Assembly (NCBI GenBank): GCA_036574205.1
Contig: JAINCQ010000012.1
Location: forward strand, 1 to 64,000
DNA: 64,000 nucleotides
Source of the DNA: Elusimicrobiota bacterium
Lineage (GTDB): Bacteria > Elusimicrobiota > Elusimicrobia > Elusimicrobiales > UBA9959
Direction: 5' to 3'
Shown in pieces: positions 1 to 9,005 of the stretch; position 1 is the first letter of the stretch; the number at the start of each line of letters is the position of its first letter. Made by a program: the position numbers and the translations under genes. The notes beneath the pieces were generated by a model that did not search any database, had not been told where the DNA came from, and was given only the letters and a program-made list of their open reading frames with translations.

Positions 1-130
1 TCGCCTGCATTGTCCAAGGCGAACTGCGGCCTTGCGAACAGCACGCAAAACCATTTAGGTTTTGCTCTAAAGGCTGTTCTCACCAGACGCAACTCAAAAC
101 ATTGAGTTGCTCCCGGATAGAAAAGCAGGA
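1..130 (-). other. GC-rich structured non-coding element immediately 3' of tRNA-Asn (possible ncRNA or tRNA-linked repeat; probably continues past the window edge)
   Basis: 65 of 130 nt are G/C (hand count) in an AT-rich window. Perfect inverted repeats at 1-6/17-22, 36-42/73-79, 45-52/58-65 and 89-97/102-110. No ORF in the track. Strand is assumed from the tRNA. Confidence 0.5.
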
Positions 131-132
131 AG

Positions 133-204
133 CTCCCCGGGCAGGACTCGAACCTGCAACCTATCGGTTAACAGCCGACCGCTCCACCATTGAGCTACCG
201 GGGA
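133..204 (-). tRNA. tRNA-Asn (GTT); 3' CCA not encoded
   Basis: Reverse complement reads TCCCCGGTAGCTCAATGGTGGAGCGGTCGGCTGTTAACCGATAGGTTGCAGGTTCGAGTCCTGCCCGGGGAG. It has an acceptor stem TCCCCGG/CCGGGGA, anticodon loop CTGTTAA, T-loop TTCGAGT and discriminator G. Confidence 0.97.
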
Positions 205-290
205 ACTTATTACAAATAAAGCTATAATATTTATTTATCAAATTTTTTAAAAAAAAGCAAACTTATGTATGAGCTACATATTTAGATTAC

Positions 291-1541
291 CTATAAAACT
301 TGAAACCCTTCACTATATTCTTTCATTATTATTAGCTCTTTTTTTAATCTATTCATATTACTGTAAAACCAGTAATTAATAGATAAAACCCATAATCCAC
401 ATAAAAATAAAACATTTAAAATTCCAATTTTATCAGCAAGATAACCCCATAACAAATTTCCCAAAGGCGCAAGCCCCATAAAACTTAGTGAATATACGCT
501 TATTACTCTCCCCCTCATTTCATCTTTTACAAGTGTTTGAATAATAGTATTAAGCCCAACTGCCTGACGGGATGTTCCTATACCCGCAATAAATAGCAAA
601 AAAAAGGAAAGCAATTTATATCTATTTAAAGAAAGCGAAATCAAACTAATTCCATATAGTATAGAAAAAAAACTTACCATATTAACATAATTTTTAGCTT
701 TGCTTTTAGAAGCCATCTCAAAACCACTAAGAGTAGCTCCAAGACCAAGAGAAGCTATTAAAAAGCCAAAACTCTGAGAATCTCCCCCTACCCTTTTTAC
801 ATAAACAGGAAGTAAAACTATAACAGGCATTATAACAAAACTGAGCAAAAACATAAAAGATATAGGATATTTTATATATTTTGTTCTATAAATATATTTC
901 AAACCATTTTTAAAAGAATCTTTAATATTTGTTTCTTCTTTTTTAGTATCGTATGGTAATATAAAATAAAACGCAATTATTATAAAAAAATATGAAAAAC
1001 TGTTAATTAGAAAACACCACCCCTCATTCAGATACTTTATTATAAAACCAGCAATTGCCGGACCAATTATTCTCGAAATATTAAACATCATTGAGTTTAA
1101 AGCAATTGCATTATGAAGAATAGTTTTGGGAATTATACTTACAACAAAACTCTGCCTGAAAGGCATATCAAAAGCGCCAACTATTCCCATTATAAATCCA
1201 ATTAAAAATATATGATATACCTTAACATAACCGGTTAAAGTTAATAAACCAAGTAAAAAAGCAAAAAACATAGCAATAGATTGAGTAATGTAAAGCCCTT
1301 TTTTTAAATAGATTTTATCAGCTATAACACCCGCTATGTATGAAAATAGAATAGGTGGAAGCATATTAATAAAACCCATAAAACCTAAAATTTTTGATGA
1401 ACCAGTAAGTCTATAAACAAGCCATCCCAAAGCAGTTGATTGCATCCATGTGCCAGTAAGAGAAAGGATTTGACCTGTAAAATAATATGAGTAATTTTTT
1501 TCTTTAAAAACATTTGAAATATTTGAAAATCTGAAATTCAT
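291..1541 (-). CDS. MFS transporter (MFS_3/DUF894-like efflux type)
   Basis: 416 aa with about 12 TM segments; motifs GQILSLTGTWMQ, FDMPFRQSFV, NAIALNS..FN.SRIIGPAIAG, MRGRV.S.Y. Confidence 0.9.
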   Translation of the reverse strand: MNFRFSNISNVFKEKNYSYYFTGQILSLTGTWMQSTALGWLVYRLTGSSKILGFMGFINMLPPILFSYIAGVIADKIYLKKGLYITQSIAMFFAFLLGLLTLTGYVKVYHIFLIGFIMGIVGAFDMPFRQSFVVSIIPKTILHNAIALNSMMFNISRIIGPAIAGFIIKYLNEGWCFLINSFSYFFIIIAFYFILPYDTKKEETNIKDSFKNGLKYIYRTKYIKYPISFMFLLSFVIMPVIVLLPVYVKRVGGDSQSFGFLIASLGLGATLSGFEMASKSKAKNYVNMVSFFSILYGISLISLSLNRYKLLSFFLLFIAGIGTSRQAVGLNTIIQTLVKDEMRGRVISVYSLSFMGLAPLGNLLWGYLADKIGILNVLFLCGLWVLSINYWFYSNMNRLKKELIIMKEYSEGFQVL

Positions 1542-1560
1542 AAATTTATTTTACAAAAAA

Positions 1561-1569
1561 TGATAAAAT
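1561..1569 (+). promoter_or_regulatory. Putative extended -10 promoter element (TGATAAAAT)
   Basis: TGnTAAAAT about 50 nt upstream of the PAS-gene ATG; the same motif precedes other operons in the window. Confidence 0.4.
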
Positions 1570-1617
1570 AATAATATAAGGATGGTTTATCTATAAACTT
1601 TTGTAAAAAGGAATAAT

Positions 1618-1983
1618 ATGTTTAACAAAGATAGATACAAGATTATTCTTGATAATCTTACAAGCGGAATAACAACTGTTGATAAAAATGGAAATATTGT
1701 CTATATAAATTCAATGGCAGGTAAAATACTTCATCTTTCGACCGACATAATTAGCAAAAATTATATGGATGCTTTTAAAAATTATACTGAACTGTGCGAT
1801 TTAATATATAATATGATTAAGGAAAACAAAACTGTAAGAAGAGGAGAAATAGTTATAACACATGCAAGTATTTTACTTAAAATAGGATACAGCACAATGC
1901 AGGTAAAAGATGAAAATGGAGAACTTTTGGGTTATACCATAATCTTTCAGGATTTAAATTTAGTCGGAAAATATGATAAATAG
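1618..1983 (+). CDS. Stand-alone PAS-domain protein
   Basis: IILDNLTSGITTVDKNGNIVYINSMAGKIL...VKDENGELLGYTIIFQDL is a typical PAS fold; there is no kinase or output domain. Confidence 0.85.
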   Translation: MFNKDRYKIILDNLTSGITTVDKNGNIVYINSMAGKILHLSTDIISKNYMDAFKNYTELCDLIYNMIKENKTVRRGEIVITHASILLKIGYSTMQVKDENGELLGYTIIFQDLNLVGKYDK

Positions 1984-2170
1984 AAAACATCTTTTATTTT
2001 TTATATTGAACATAGTGGTAGTAGTTATAACTTCAAAACTACTTCCTTATATTTTACATACTCAAGAACGCAAGGTTGAAAGGGTAATACTGGTCTATTT
2101 TATTTTATCACTTATTGTTTTTCTTCTTATGATTAAAAAAATAGAAAAAAACGCCAACGAACAAAAATAA
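1973..2170 (+). CDS. Small 2-TM membrane hypothetical protein
   Basis: 65 aa with two hydrophobic segments, tightly packed between the PAS and J-domain genes. Confidence 0.6.
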   Translation: MINRKHLLFFILNIVVVVITSKLLPYILHTQERKVERVILVYFILSLIVFLLMIKKIEKNANEQK

Positions 2171-2171
2171 T

Positions 2172-3107
2172 ATGCCAGAATATAAGGACTATTATTCTAT
2201 TTTAGGTGTTACAAGAAACGCATCTCAGGATGAAATTAAATCAGCATATAGAAAACTTGCAATGAAATATCATCCTGATAAAAATCCGGGTAATAAAGAA
2301 GCAGAAGCTAAATTTAAAGAAATAAATGAGGCTTACGAAGTACTATCGGATTCAGAAAAAAGAAGATTATATGATAGTCTTGGTTCAAATTGGCAAAATG
2401 GACAAAATTTTGAACCACCTCCAGATTTTAGAAATTACAGGCAAAATTATAAATATTATAAAACCTCAAATTTTGAGGATTTCAGTGATTTTTTTAAAAC
2501 TATATTTGGCAATTTTGGGTCTATATTTGATGAAGAAAAAACATCCTCATATTCAAATATCTTTGATGAAGATAATATATTTCAAAGCTTTGCTTCAAAA
2601 AAAAATCTTGATATAAGGGCTGAGTTAAATTTAACACTATATGATTTATTAAATCCAACAATAAAAAATTTGACCCTTAGAATTGATAATCAAACAAAAG
2701 AAATAAAAGTTAAAATACCCAAAGGAGTAACTGACGGCTCAACAATAAAATTAAAAGGTGAGGGATTAAAATCAAAAAACAAATCTGGAGATCTTTATAT
2801 AAAGATAAATATAGTAAAAGATGAAAAATTTAAAATTGAAGGATTTGATGTAATAACTGAATTAAAAATATACCCTCAGCAAGCAGTTTTAGGAGATGAG
2901 ATTGAAGTTCCAACCCCAGAAGGTAGTTTTGTAAAAATAAAAGTTCCACCAATGACTTATACAAACACAAAGCTCAGAATAAAAAACAAAGGTTTATATA
3001 AACCTGATGGAACACGTGGGGACTTATACGCAAAAGTAATAATTGATATTCCACATTCAATAACACCTATCCAGAAAGAAATATATAAAAAACTAAATAG
3101 CAATTAA
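2172..3107 (+). CDS. cbpA: DnaJ-class co-chaperone, CbpA-like (J domain + DnaJ_C, no Zn finger)
   Basis: DYYSILGV...KYHPDKN...[19 protein letters not shown] motif; C-terminal DnaJ_C repeats (GDLY); no CxxCxGxG repeats. Confidence 0.88.
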   Translation: MPEYKDYYSILGVTRNASQDEIKSAYRKLAMKYHPDKNPGNKEAEAKFKEINEAYEVLSDSEKRRLYDSLGSNWQNGQNFEPPPDFRNYRQNYKYYKTSNFEDFSDFFKTIFGNFGSIFDEEKTSSYSNIFDEDNIFQSFASKKNLDIRAELNLTLYDLLNPTIKNLTLRIDNQTKEIKVKIPKGVTDGSTIKLKGEGLKSKNKSGDLYIKINIVKDEKFKIEGFDVITELKIYPQQAVLGDEIEVPTPEGSFVKIKVPPMTYTNTKLRIKNKGLYKPDGTRGDLYAKVIIDIPHSITPIQKEIYKKLNSN

Positions 3108-3160
3108 TCTAAATTAAGTATTTAGTAGTGTAGTATTTAACTATAAAAAATATCTTTATC

Positions 3161-3192
3161 AAATAAAAAGCCCGCATTATTAATGCGGGCTT
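3161..3192 (-). terminator. Intrinsic terminator downstream of nifJ (possibly bidirectional with cbpA)
   Basis: Inverted repeat AAGCCCGCATTA-T-TAATGCGGGCTT at 3168-3192, followed by a T-run on the minus strand, between convergent genes. Confidence 0.85.
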
Positions 3193-3217
3193 ATCTTACA
3201 AACAACCTAATCTCTAT

Positions 3218-6200
3218 TTATTTTGTAATCTCAACCTTTTCACGAGTATCGCAATTCATCTTCGCTATTTGTTCATAAACCGAAAGTCTCCATTTGTATT
3301 CTTCTTCAGCAAGTCTGGCAAGTCTTTCAGCAACTTCTGGTTTTGATTGAAATAGCGATTTGAATCTTATCTCACCCATAAAATAGTCTTTAAGCGCTAA
3401 TGTTGGTTTAACTGTAGAATCTATAATAAGGGGATTTTTATTTTCTTTCCTGAGTTTTGGATTGAACCTATAAAGGATCCATCTTCCACTTGCAACCGCT
3501 TTTTTCTGTTCATTCATTCCTTCATTCATTGGTATCCCATGAGCAATACAATGAGAATATGCTATTATTATAGCAGGACCGTTATACTCTTCAGCCTCTT
3601 TAAAAGCTGTTATCGCCTGCTGCATATTTGCGCCTATAGCTATCTGAGCCACATAGACATTACCATGTGTCATCATCATCATTCCAAGATCTTTTTTAGG
3701 AAGCGGTTTCCCACCAGCTGCAAACTGAGCTATAGCTCCAAGTGGGGTTGATTTAGACATCTGTCCGCCAGTGTTTGAATATACCTCAGTATCAAGAACA
3801 AGGGCTTTTACGTTTTTTCCGCTTGCCATAACATGATCAAGTCCACCATATCCTATATCATAAGCCCACCCATCACCGCCTACAATCCACACTGACTTTT
3901 TAATTAAATAATCAACCACTCCTAATAAAGATTTTGTTTTTTCATTATTCATTGTAGCAAGAATCTTTTTAAGTTCATTAACCCTTCCTCTTTGTTTCTC
4001 TATCTCAACCCAGCTATCCTGTTTTGAATTAATTATTTCATCTACCACGGGATTATTTATAGAAGTCTTAAGTTCATTTAAAAGGTTAATAGCATATTCA
4101 TATAAGCTATCATAAGCAAGTCTCATTCCAAGACCAAATTCTGCATTATCTTCAAATAAAGAGTTTGACCATGCTGGACCTTTTCCATCTTCTCTTACGC
4201 AATAGGGCGTTGTCGGAAGATTTCCTCCGTATATAGAGGAGCATCCCGTAGCATTTGCTATTGTTAAATGGTCTCCATAAAGTTGAGATAATAATTTAAC
4301 ATAAGGAGTTTCCCCGCAACCAGCGCAAGCCCCTGAAAACTCAAATAAAGGCCTTACAAGCTGCGAACCTTTAATTGTAAATCTATTTATCCTTTCACTC
4401 CCTTTATCCTTGAGTTTTAAGAAAAATTCCCAGTTATCTTTCTCAGTTTTTCTAAGAGGAATTTGAGGATGCATATTTATTGCCTTCCTGCCAGTCTCTT
4501 TTCCATCAACTTTTTCTTTTGCAGGACAGTTGTAAACGCAAGCCCCGCATCCTGTACAATCTTCTACTGAGACCTGAACTGTGAATTTAAGCCCTTTAAG
4601 ATCAGCTTTGCCATCGGTAAATTTAAAAGTTGGAGGTGCATCTTTTAACTCTTGTTCATCATAGGCTTTAAGCCTTATAACCGCATGTGGGCAAACTAAA
4701 GAACATATACCACATTGTATACACAATTGTGGTTCCCACACCGGGCATTCTAAAGCTATGTTTCTTTTCTCATACTGTGTTGTCGCTGTGGGATATGTGC
4801 CATCTACTGGAAATTTTGAAACCGGGATATCATCTCCATGATAAGCAATCATATTACACGTAACCTCTTTTACAAATTCAGACATATCATCGGAGATTAC
4901 ACATGCATTAAAACTAATTTTAGAGGTAATCTTATCTGGATATTTTACTTCTTCAATAGAATTTACAGTCTCATCTACCGCCTTCCAGTTTTTCTCAACT
5001 ACATCCATTCCTTTTTTAATATATGTTTTCTTGATTGCCTCTTTTATGGCTTTTATAGCATTATCTTTTGGTAAAACTCCAGATATAGCAAAAAATGCTG
5101 TTTGCATAACCACATTTATTCTTGAGCCCATACCGACTTTTTTGGCTATTTCCGAAGCATTTATTACATAAAACTTTGCTTTCTTATCTATAATTTGTTT
5201 TTGTACTTCAGCTGGTATTTTATCCCATACCTCTGATGCTTTGTATGGACTATTTAATAAGAAGACTCCTCCTTTTTCAAGTTTATTTGCCATCTCATAT
5301 TTTTCAAGAAAAGAAAACTGATGACATCCCACAAAATTTGCTCTTGTTATAAGATAAGGAGCTCTTATATAATTTTTCCCAAATCTGACATGGGAAACAG
5401 TTAAAGAACCTGCTTTTTTTGAATCATAAACAAAGTATCCCTGAGCATAATTATCAGTTTCCTCACTTATTATCTTTATTGTATTTTTATTCGCCCCGAC
5501 GGTTCCATCAGAGCCAAGACCAAAAAACAATGCTTTAAACGTATCTTTTGACTCAACATTAAAGTTATTATCCCATTTGAGACTTGTATTTGTAACATCA
5601 TCAATTATTCCAACAGTAAAATTATTCTTTGGATTTTCCAGTTTTAGGTTATCAAAAACAGCTTTTGCCATTGCCGGATTAAACTCTTTTGAGCCAAGAC
5701 CATATCTACCACCAATAATAAGCGGCAATGATTTAATCTTTCCATCTTTATAAGCTTTTGTTATCGCATCGACAACATCAAGATAAAGAGGCTCTCCGCC
5801 AGCTCCCGGCTCTTTTGTCCTATCCATTACTGCAATTTTTTTAACACTTTTCGGCAAGACATTTATAAAATGCTTAACTGAAAAAGGTCTATAAACCCTT
5901 ACCTTTATTACACCAACCTTTCCATTATTGTTTTTATTTAAATATTTTACTGTCTCTTCAACCACATCACAACCGCTTGCCATTATAACAATCACTCTTT
6001 CAGCATTTTTATCTCCAATATACTCAAAAAGGTTATATCTTCTACCAGTAAGTTTTTCAAATTCATTAAAAGTTTGTTCGAATATCTCTGGCATTTTGTT
6101 ATAAAACTTATTTACAGCCTCTCTTCCTTGAAAGAAAACATCTGGATTTTGAGCCGTTCCTCTCATAAAGGGATTTTCAGGATTTAATCCTCTTTTCCTG

Positions 6201-6814
6201 TGTGCTAATATCAACTCTTCATCCAAAAATTTTCTCATATCATCAAAAGAAATCAACTCAACCATATTAAGTTCATGTGAAGTTCTGAATCCATCAAAAA
6301 AATGAAGAATTGGCACCCGTCCTCTTAAAGTAGCCTTTTGAGCTATTAAAGCAAAATCCATAGCTTCCTGAGAATTTGCACTTGCAAGTAAAGCCCAACC
6401 AGTTTGCCTTGTAGCCATAACATCGCTATGGTCTCCAAATATTGAAAGAGCATGAGTTGCCACCGCTCTTGCTGAAACATGAAAAACTGTTGAGGTAAGC
6501 TCACCAGCTATTTTATACATATTCGGTATCATCAATAAAAGCCCTTGAGAGGCAGTAAAAGTCGTAGTTAAAGCCCCGGTTGTTAAAGCACCATGTACTG
6601 CGCCAGAAGCCCCACCCTCAGACTGCATCTCTATAACATTCGGAATATATCCCCATATATTCTTTTCACCCTTTGCAGATTTTAAATCTGAAAGTTCTCC
6701 CATGACGCTTGATGGAGTTATAGGATAAATTGCAATAACCTCATTTGTAGCATGAGCTACATAAGCAGTAGCTGTATTTCCGTCCATTGCTACCATATTT
6801 TTGCTTTTTGTCAT
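3218..6814 (-). CDS. nifJ: Pyruvate:ferredoxin (flavodoxin) oxidoreductase, single chain
   Basis: 1198 aa; IYPITPSS, EMQSEGGA, two ferredoxin motifs (CIQCGICSLVCP, CTGCGACVYNCP), FSGACAGCGE, GGDGWAYDIG, DTEVYSNTGGQ. Confidence 0.97.
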   Translation of the reverse strand: MTKSKNMVAMDGNTATAYVAHATNEVIAIYPITPSSVMGELSDLKSAKGEKNIWGYIPNVIEMQSEGGASGAVHGALTTGALTTTFTASQGLLLMIPNMYKIAGELTSTVFHVSARAVATHALSIFGDHSDVMATRQTGWALLASANSQEAMDFALIAQKATLRGRVPILHFFDGFRTSHELNMVELISFDDMRKFLDEELILAHRKRGLNPENPFMRGTAQNPDVFFQGREAVNKFYNKMPEIFEQTFNEFEKLTGRRYNLFEYIGDKNAERVIVIMASGCDVVEETVKYLNKNNNGKVGVIKVRVYRPFSVKHFINVLPKSVKKIAVMDRTKEPGAGGEPLYLDVVDAITKAYKDGKIKSLPLIIGGRYGLGSKEFNPAMAKAVFDNLKLENPKNNFTVGIIDDVTNTSLKWDNNFNVESKDTFKALFFGLGSDGTVGANKNTIKIISEETDNYAQGYFVYDSKKAGSLTVSHVRFGKNYIRAPYLITRANFVGCHQFSFLEKYEMANKLEKGGVFLLNSPYKASEVWDKIPAEVQKQIIDKKAKFYVINASEIAKKVGMGSRINVVMQTAFFAISGVLPKDNAIKAIKEAIKKTYIKKGMDVVEKNWKAVDETVNSIEEVKYPDKITSKISFNACVISDDMSEFVKEVTCNMIAYHGDDIPVSKFPVDGTYPTATTQYEKRNIALECPVWEPQLCIQCGICSLVCPHAVIRLKAYDEQELKDAPPTFKFTDGKADLKGLKFTVQVSVEDCTGCGACVYNCPAKEKVDGKETGRKAINMHPQIPLRKTEKDNWEFFLKLKDKGSERINRFTIKGSQLVRPLFEFSGACAGCGETPYVKLLSQLYGDHLTIANATGCSSIYGGNLPTTPYCVREDGKGPAWSNSLFEDNAEFGLGMRLAYDSLYEYAINLLNELKTSINNPVVDEIINSKQDSWVEIEKQRGRVNELKKILATMNNEKTKSLLGVVDYLIKKSVWIVGGDGWAYDIGYGGLDHVMASGKNVKALVLDTEVYSNTGGQMSKSTPLGAIAQFAAGGKPLPKKDLGMMMMTHGNVYVAQIAIGANMQQAITAFKEAEEYNGPAIIIAYSHCIAHGIPMNEGMNEQKKAVASGRWILYRFNPKLRKENKNPLIIDSTVKPTLALKDYFMGEIRFKSLFQSKPEVAERLARLAEEEYKWRLSVYEQIAKMNCDTREKVEITK

Positions 6815-6841
6815 TCTTCCTCCTTGTATTTAATTAAATAT

Positions 6842-6850
6842 ATTTTAGCA
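6842..6850 (-). promoter_or_regulatory. Putative extended -10 promoter (TGCTAAAAT) of nifJ
   Basis: TGnTAAAAT just upstream of a GGAGGA RBS; the 15-mer TATTTTAGCATTTTT recurs at 62071-62085 upstream of fcl. Confidence 0.45.
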
Positions 6851-6915
6851 TTTTTATGAAATTTTGAAAACGATCTCAACTTTATTAAAAGATTTATGCA
6901 AAATTTTATGATCTA

Positions 6916-8148
6916 TTACTTACTCCATTCCTTACAAAGATTAACTGCGACTTCAAATGATTTAAGCATAGAATCAAGGCTTATCCATTCATAAGGTCCA
7001 TGATAATTATATCCGCCTGTAAAAACATTTGGCGTTGGCAAACCCATAAAAGACAATCTTGAGCCATCAGTACCACCTCTTATTGGTTTTAACCTTGGTT
7101 CAACCCCTGCATTTTTCATCGCGGAAAATAATTTAGACATAACCTCTGGATATTTGTCAATTATATTTTTCATATTTCTGTATTGTTTAATAAAATCTAT
7201 TTCTATTTTTGCAAGTGAATATTTTTCTTTTTTTTCTTCTACAATTTTTAAAAGAAGTTTCTCCATATATTTTAATTTCTCAATATTGTGTTCCCTTACT
7301 ATCCCACCCGCCTCAGCATAGCTAATATCACCCTTTATTTCATCAAACATTATAAATCCATCATACCCTTCTGTATTTTCAGGCGTCATATTCTCAGGCC
7401 ATGATGAGATTATATCACTCAAAATCCTTACAGCATTTGCCATCTGATTTTTAGCACTTCCGGGATGAACACTTTTTCCATAAACTTTTATTTTTACTCC
7501 ATCTGCATTAAAATTCTCTTTTTCAACCGTCCCAAGTAAATCACCATCAAAGGTGTATCCAAAATCAGCATCAAGTTTTTTTAAATCAAGCTTATCCACC
7601 CCTCTCCCTATCTCTTCATCAGGAGTAAACAATATTCTAATATTTGGATATTTAATATCCTTGCTTGAAAGAAGATACTCTACCAATGTCATTATTATCG
7701 CTATGCCAGCCTTATCATCCGCTCCTAACAATGTATTACCACTTGCAGTTACAATATCATGACCGATATGTTCTTTTAAAACAGGGCAATTTTTAGTATC
7801 AAGGTATAACCCTTCCCCTATATCGACTCTATTACCTTTATAATCTTGATAAAGTTTTACTTTAACCCTTTTAGCAGTATATGCGGGGGAGGTATCCATA
7901 TGAGCTATAAATGCTATTTTCTTTTGTGAATTACAATTTGAATCTATTTTCCCAAAAATATATGAATATTTATCCATAAAACTTTTTTTTACTCCAATTT
8001 CTTTCAATTCTTTTAAAAGAATTTTTGCAAATTTAGTTTGAGAAGCTGTAGAAGGATATGTTAAAGATTTTGGATCTGAGGTAGTCTCAATTTCACAATA
8101 TTTTTTTAATCTATCAAATAATTTCCTCTTTAAAATCTCTTTATTCAT
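6916..8148 (-). CDS. pepT: Peptidase T (tripeptide aminopeptidase, M20B)
   Basis: FIAHMDTS, LLGADDKAG, FTPDEEIGRG, ENFNA, HPGSAK, PIRGGTDGSRLS, NYHGPYEW. Confidence 0.96.
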   Translation of the reverse strand: MNKEILKRKLFDRLKKYCEIETTSDPKSLTYPSTASQTKFAKILLKELKEIGVKKSFMDKYSYIFGKIDSNCNSQKKIAFIAHMDTSPAYTAKRVKVKLYQDYKGNRVDIGEGLYLDTKNCPVLKEHIGHDIVTASGNTLLGADDKAGIAIIMTLVEYLLSSKDIKYPNIRILFTPDEEIGRGVDKLDLKKLDADFGYTFDGDLLGTVEKENFNADGVKIKVYGKSVHPGSAKNQMANAVRILSDIISSWPENMTPENTEGYDGFIMFDEIKGDISYAEAGGIVREHNIEKLKYMEKLLLKIVEEKKEKYSLAKIEIDFIKQYRNMKNIIDKYPEVMSKLFSAMKNAGVEPRLKPIRGGTDGSRLSFMGLPTPNVFTGGYNYHGPYEWISLDSMLKSFEVAVNLCKEWSK

Positions 8149-8381
8149 AATAATTCCTCCATTTCATTTATTATCAAAATGATAATTTAATTCTATAATT
8201 TAATTCATTAAAAATCAAATTTAAAATATGCTTATAATTTTATACAAAAAAGATAAGGATATGTTACAGGTTATATTAAAATTAGGTTTTCATACAGTCG
8301 TTATATATCTAAATTTTTTTATTTTTTAAAAATTATATATAATTTTATTAATATACCAACTAAATTACAAGGAGGAATGAA

Positions 8382-9005
8382 ATGGGCTTAATTCCAAAAG
8401 AGACAAAATTTTTTGATATGACCGTCGAACAAATTAACCAGATAGAAGAAGCGGTAAAATACCTTAAAGCAATAATTAAAAAAGAAGATTTTTCAGAAGA
8501 TAGCATAAAAAAGATAAAAGAAATGGAACAGAAATGCGATACCATATCTCATGAGATAATAGATATTTTAAATGAAACTTTTATAACACCGATAGATAGA
8601 GAGGATATACATAAAATTGTAAATGAAATTGACGATATAATGGATCTTTTAAATGTTGTGGCAAACAGGCTATATATATATAAAATAAAAAGCGTAAAAA
8701 ATACTTATCTTCCAGAGTTCATTGAAAATATTTCAGAAGCTATAATTGCTGTTAAAAATGCCATAATAAATTTAAAAGAAATAAAGAAGACAAGAAGAAT
8801 TTTAGAATACTGTATAGAAATAAACCGTCTTGAAAACGGAGGAGATTCTATAAGGGAAAAAGCCATAATGGATTTATTTGAAAAAGAAAAAGATCCGGTA
8901 AATATAATTAAATGGAAAGAAATATATGAGGTTTCAGAAACAATACTTGATGCATGCGAAAAAGTTGCAAGAACAATAGAAGAGGTCCTGGTAAAAAATG
9001 GATAA
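8382..9005 (+). CDS. DUF47 / PhoU-like phosphate transport regulator
   Basis: E..CD.I.H...L..TFITPIDREDI...DD..D, EINRLEN.GD, IIKWKEIYE..E...D.CE; overlaps the start of the PiT gene. Confidence 0.92.
   Translation: MGLIPKETKFFDMTVEQINQIEEAVKYLKAIIKKEDFSEDSIKKIKEMEQKCDTISHEIIDILNETFITPIDREDIHKIVNEIDDIMDLLNVVANRLYIYKIKSVKNTYLPEFIENISEAIIAVKNAIINLKEIKKTRRILEYCIEINRLENGGDSIREKAIMDLFEKEKDPVNIIKWKEIYEVSETILDACEKVARTIEEVLVKNG

Noticed and set aside
1..130. Identification as tmRNA, RNase P RNA, SRP RNA, 6S RNA or a CRISPR repeat
   Set aside because: Diagnostic motifs are absent, the multi-hairpin layout is unlike the single 6S rod, and there is no repeat-spacer periodicity
2326..2616. 96-aa alternative-frame ORF inside cbpA
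   Set aside because: Fully nested in a well-supported gene, non-ATG start, no recognisable motif
8170..8186. ATTATCA-AAA-TGATAAT inverted repeat upstream of pepT, Fur-box-like
   Set aside because: Half-sites are in the opposite orientation and spacing to the 7-1-7 Fur box, and the context is extremely AT-rich
8260..8310. Possible Pho-box direct repeats upstream of DUF47-pit
   Set aside because: No consistent 11-bp periodic repeat could be aligned
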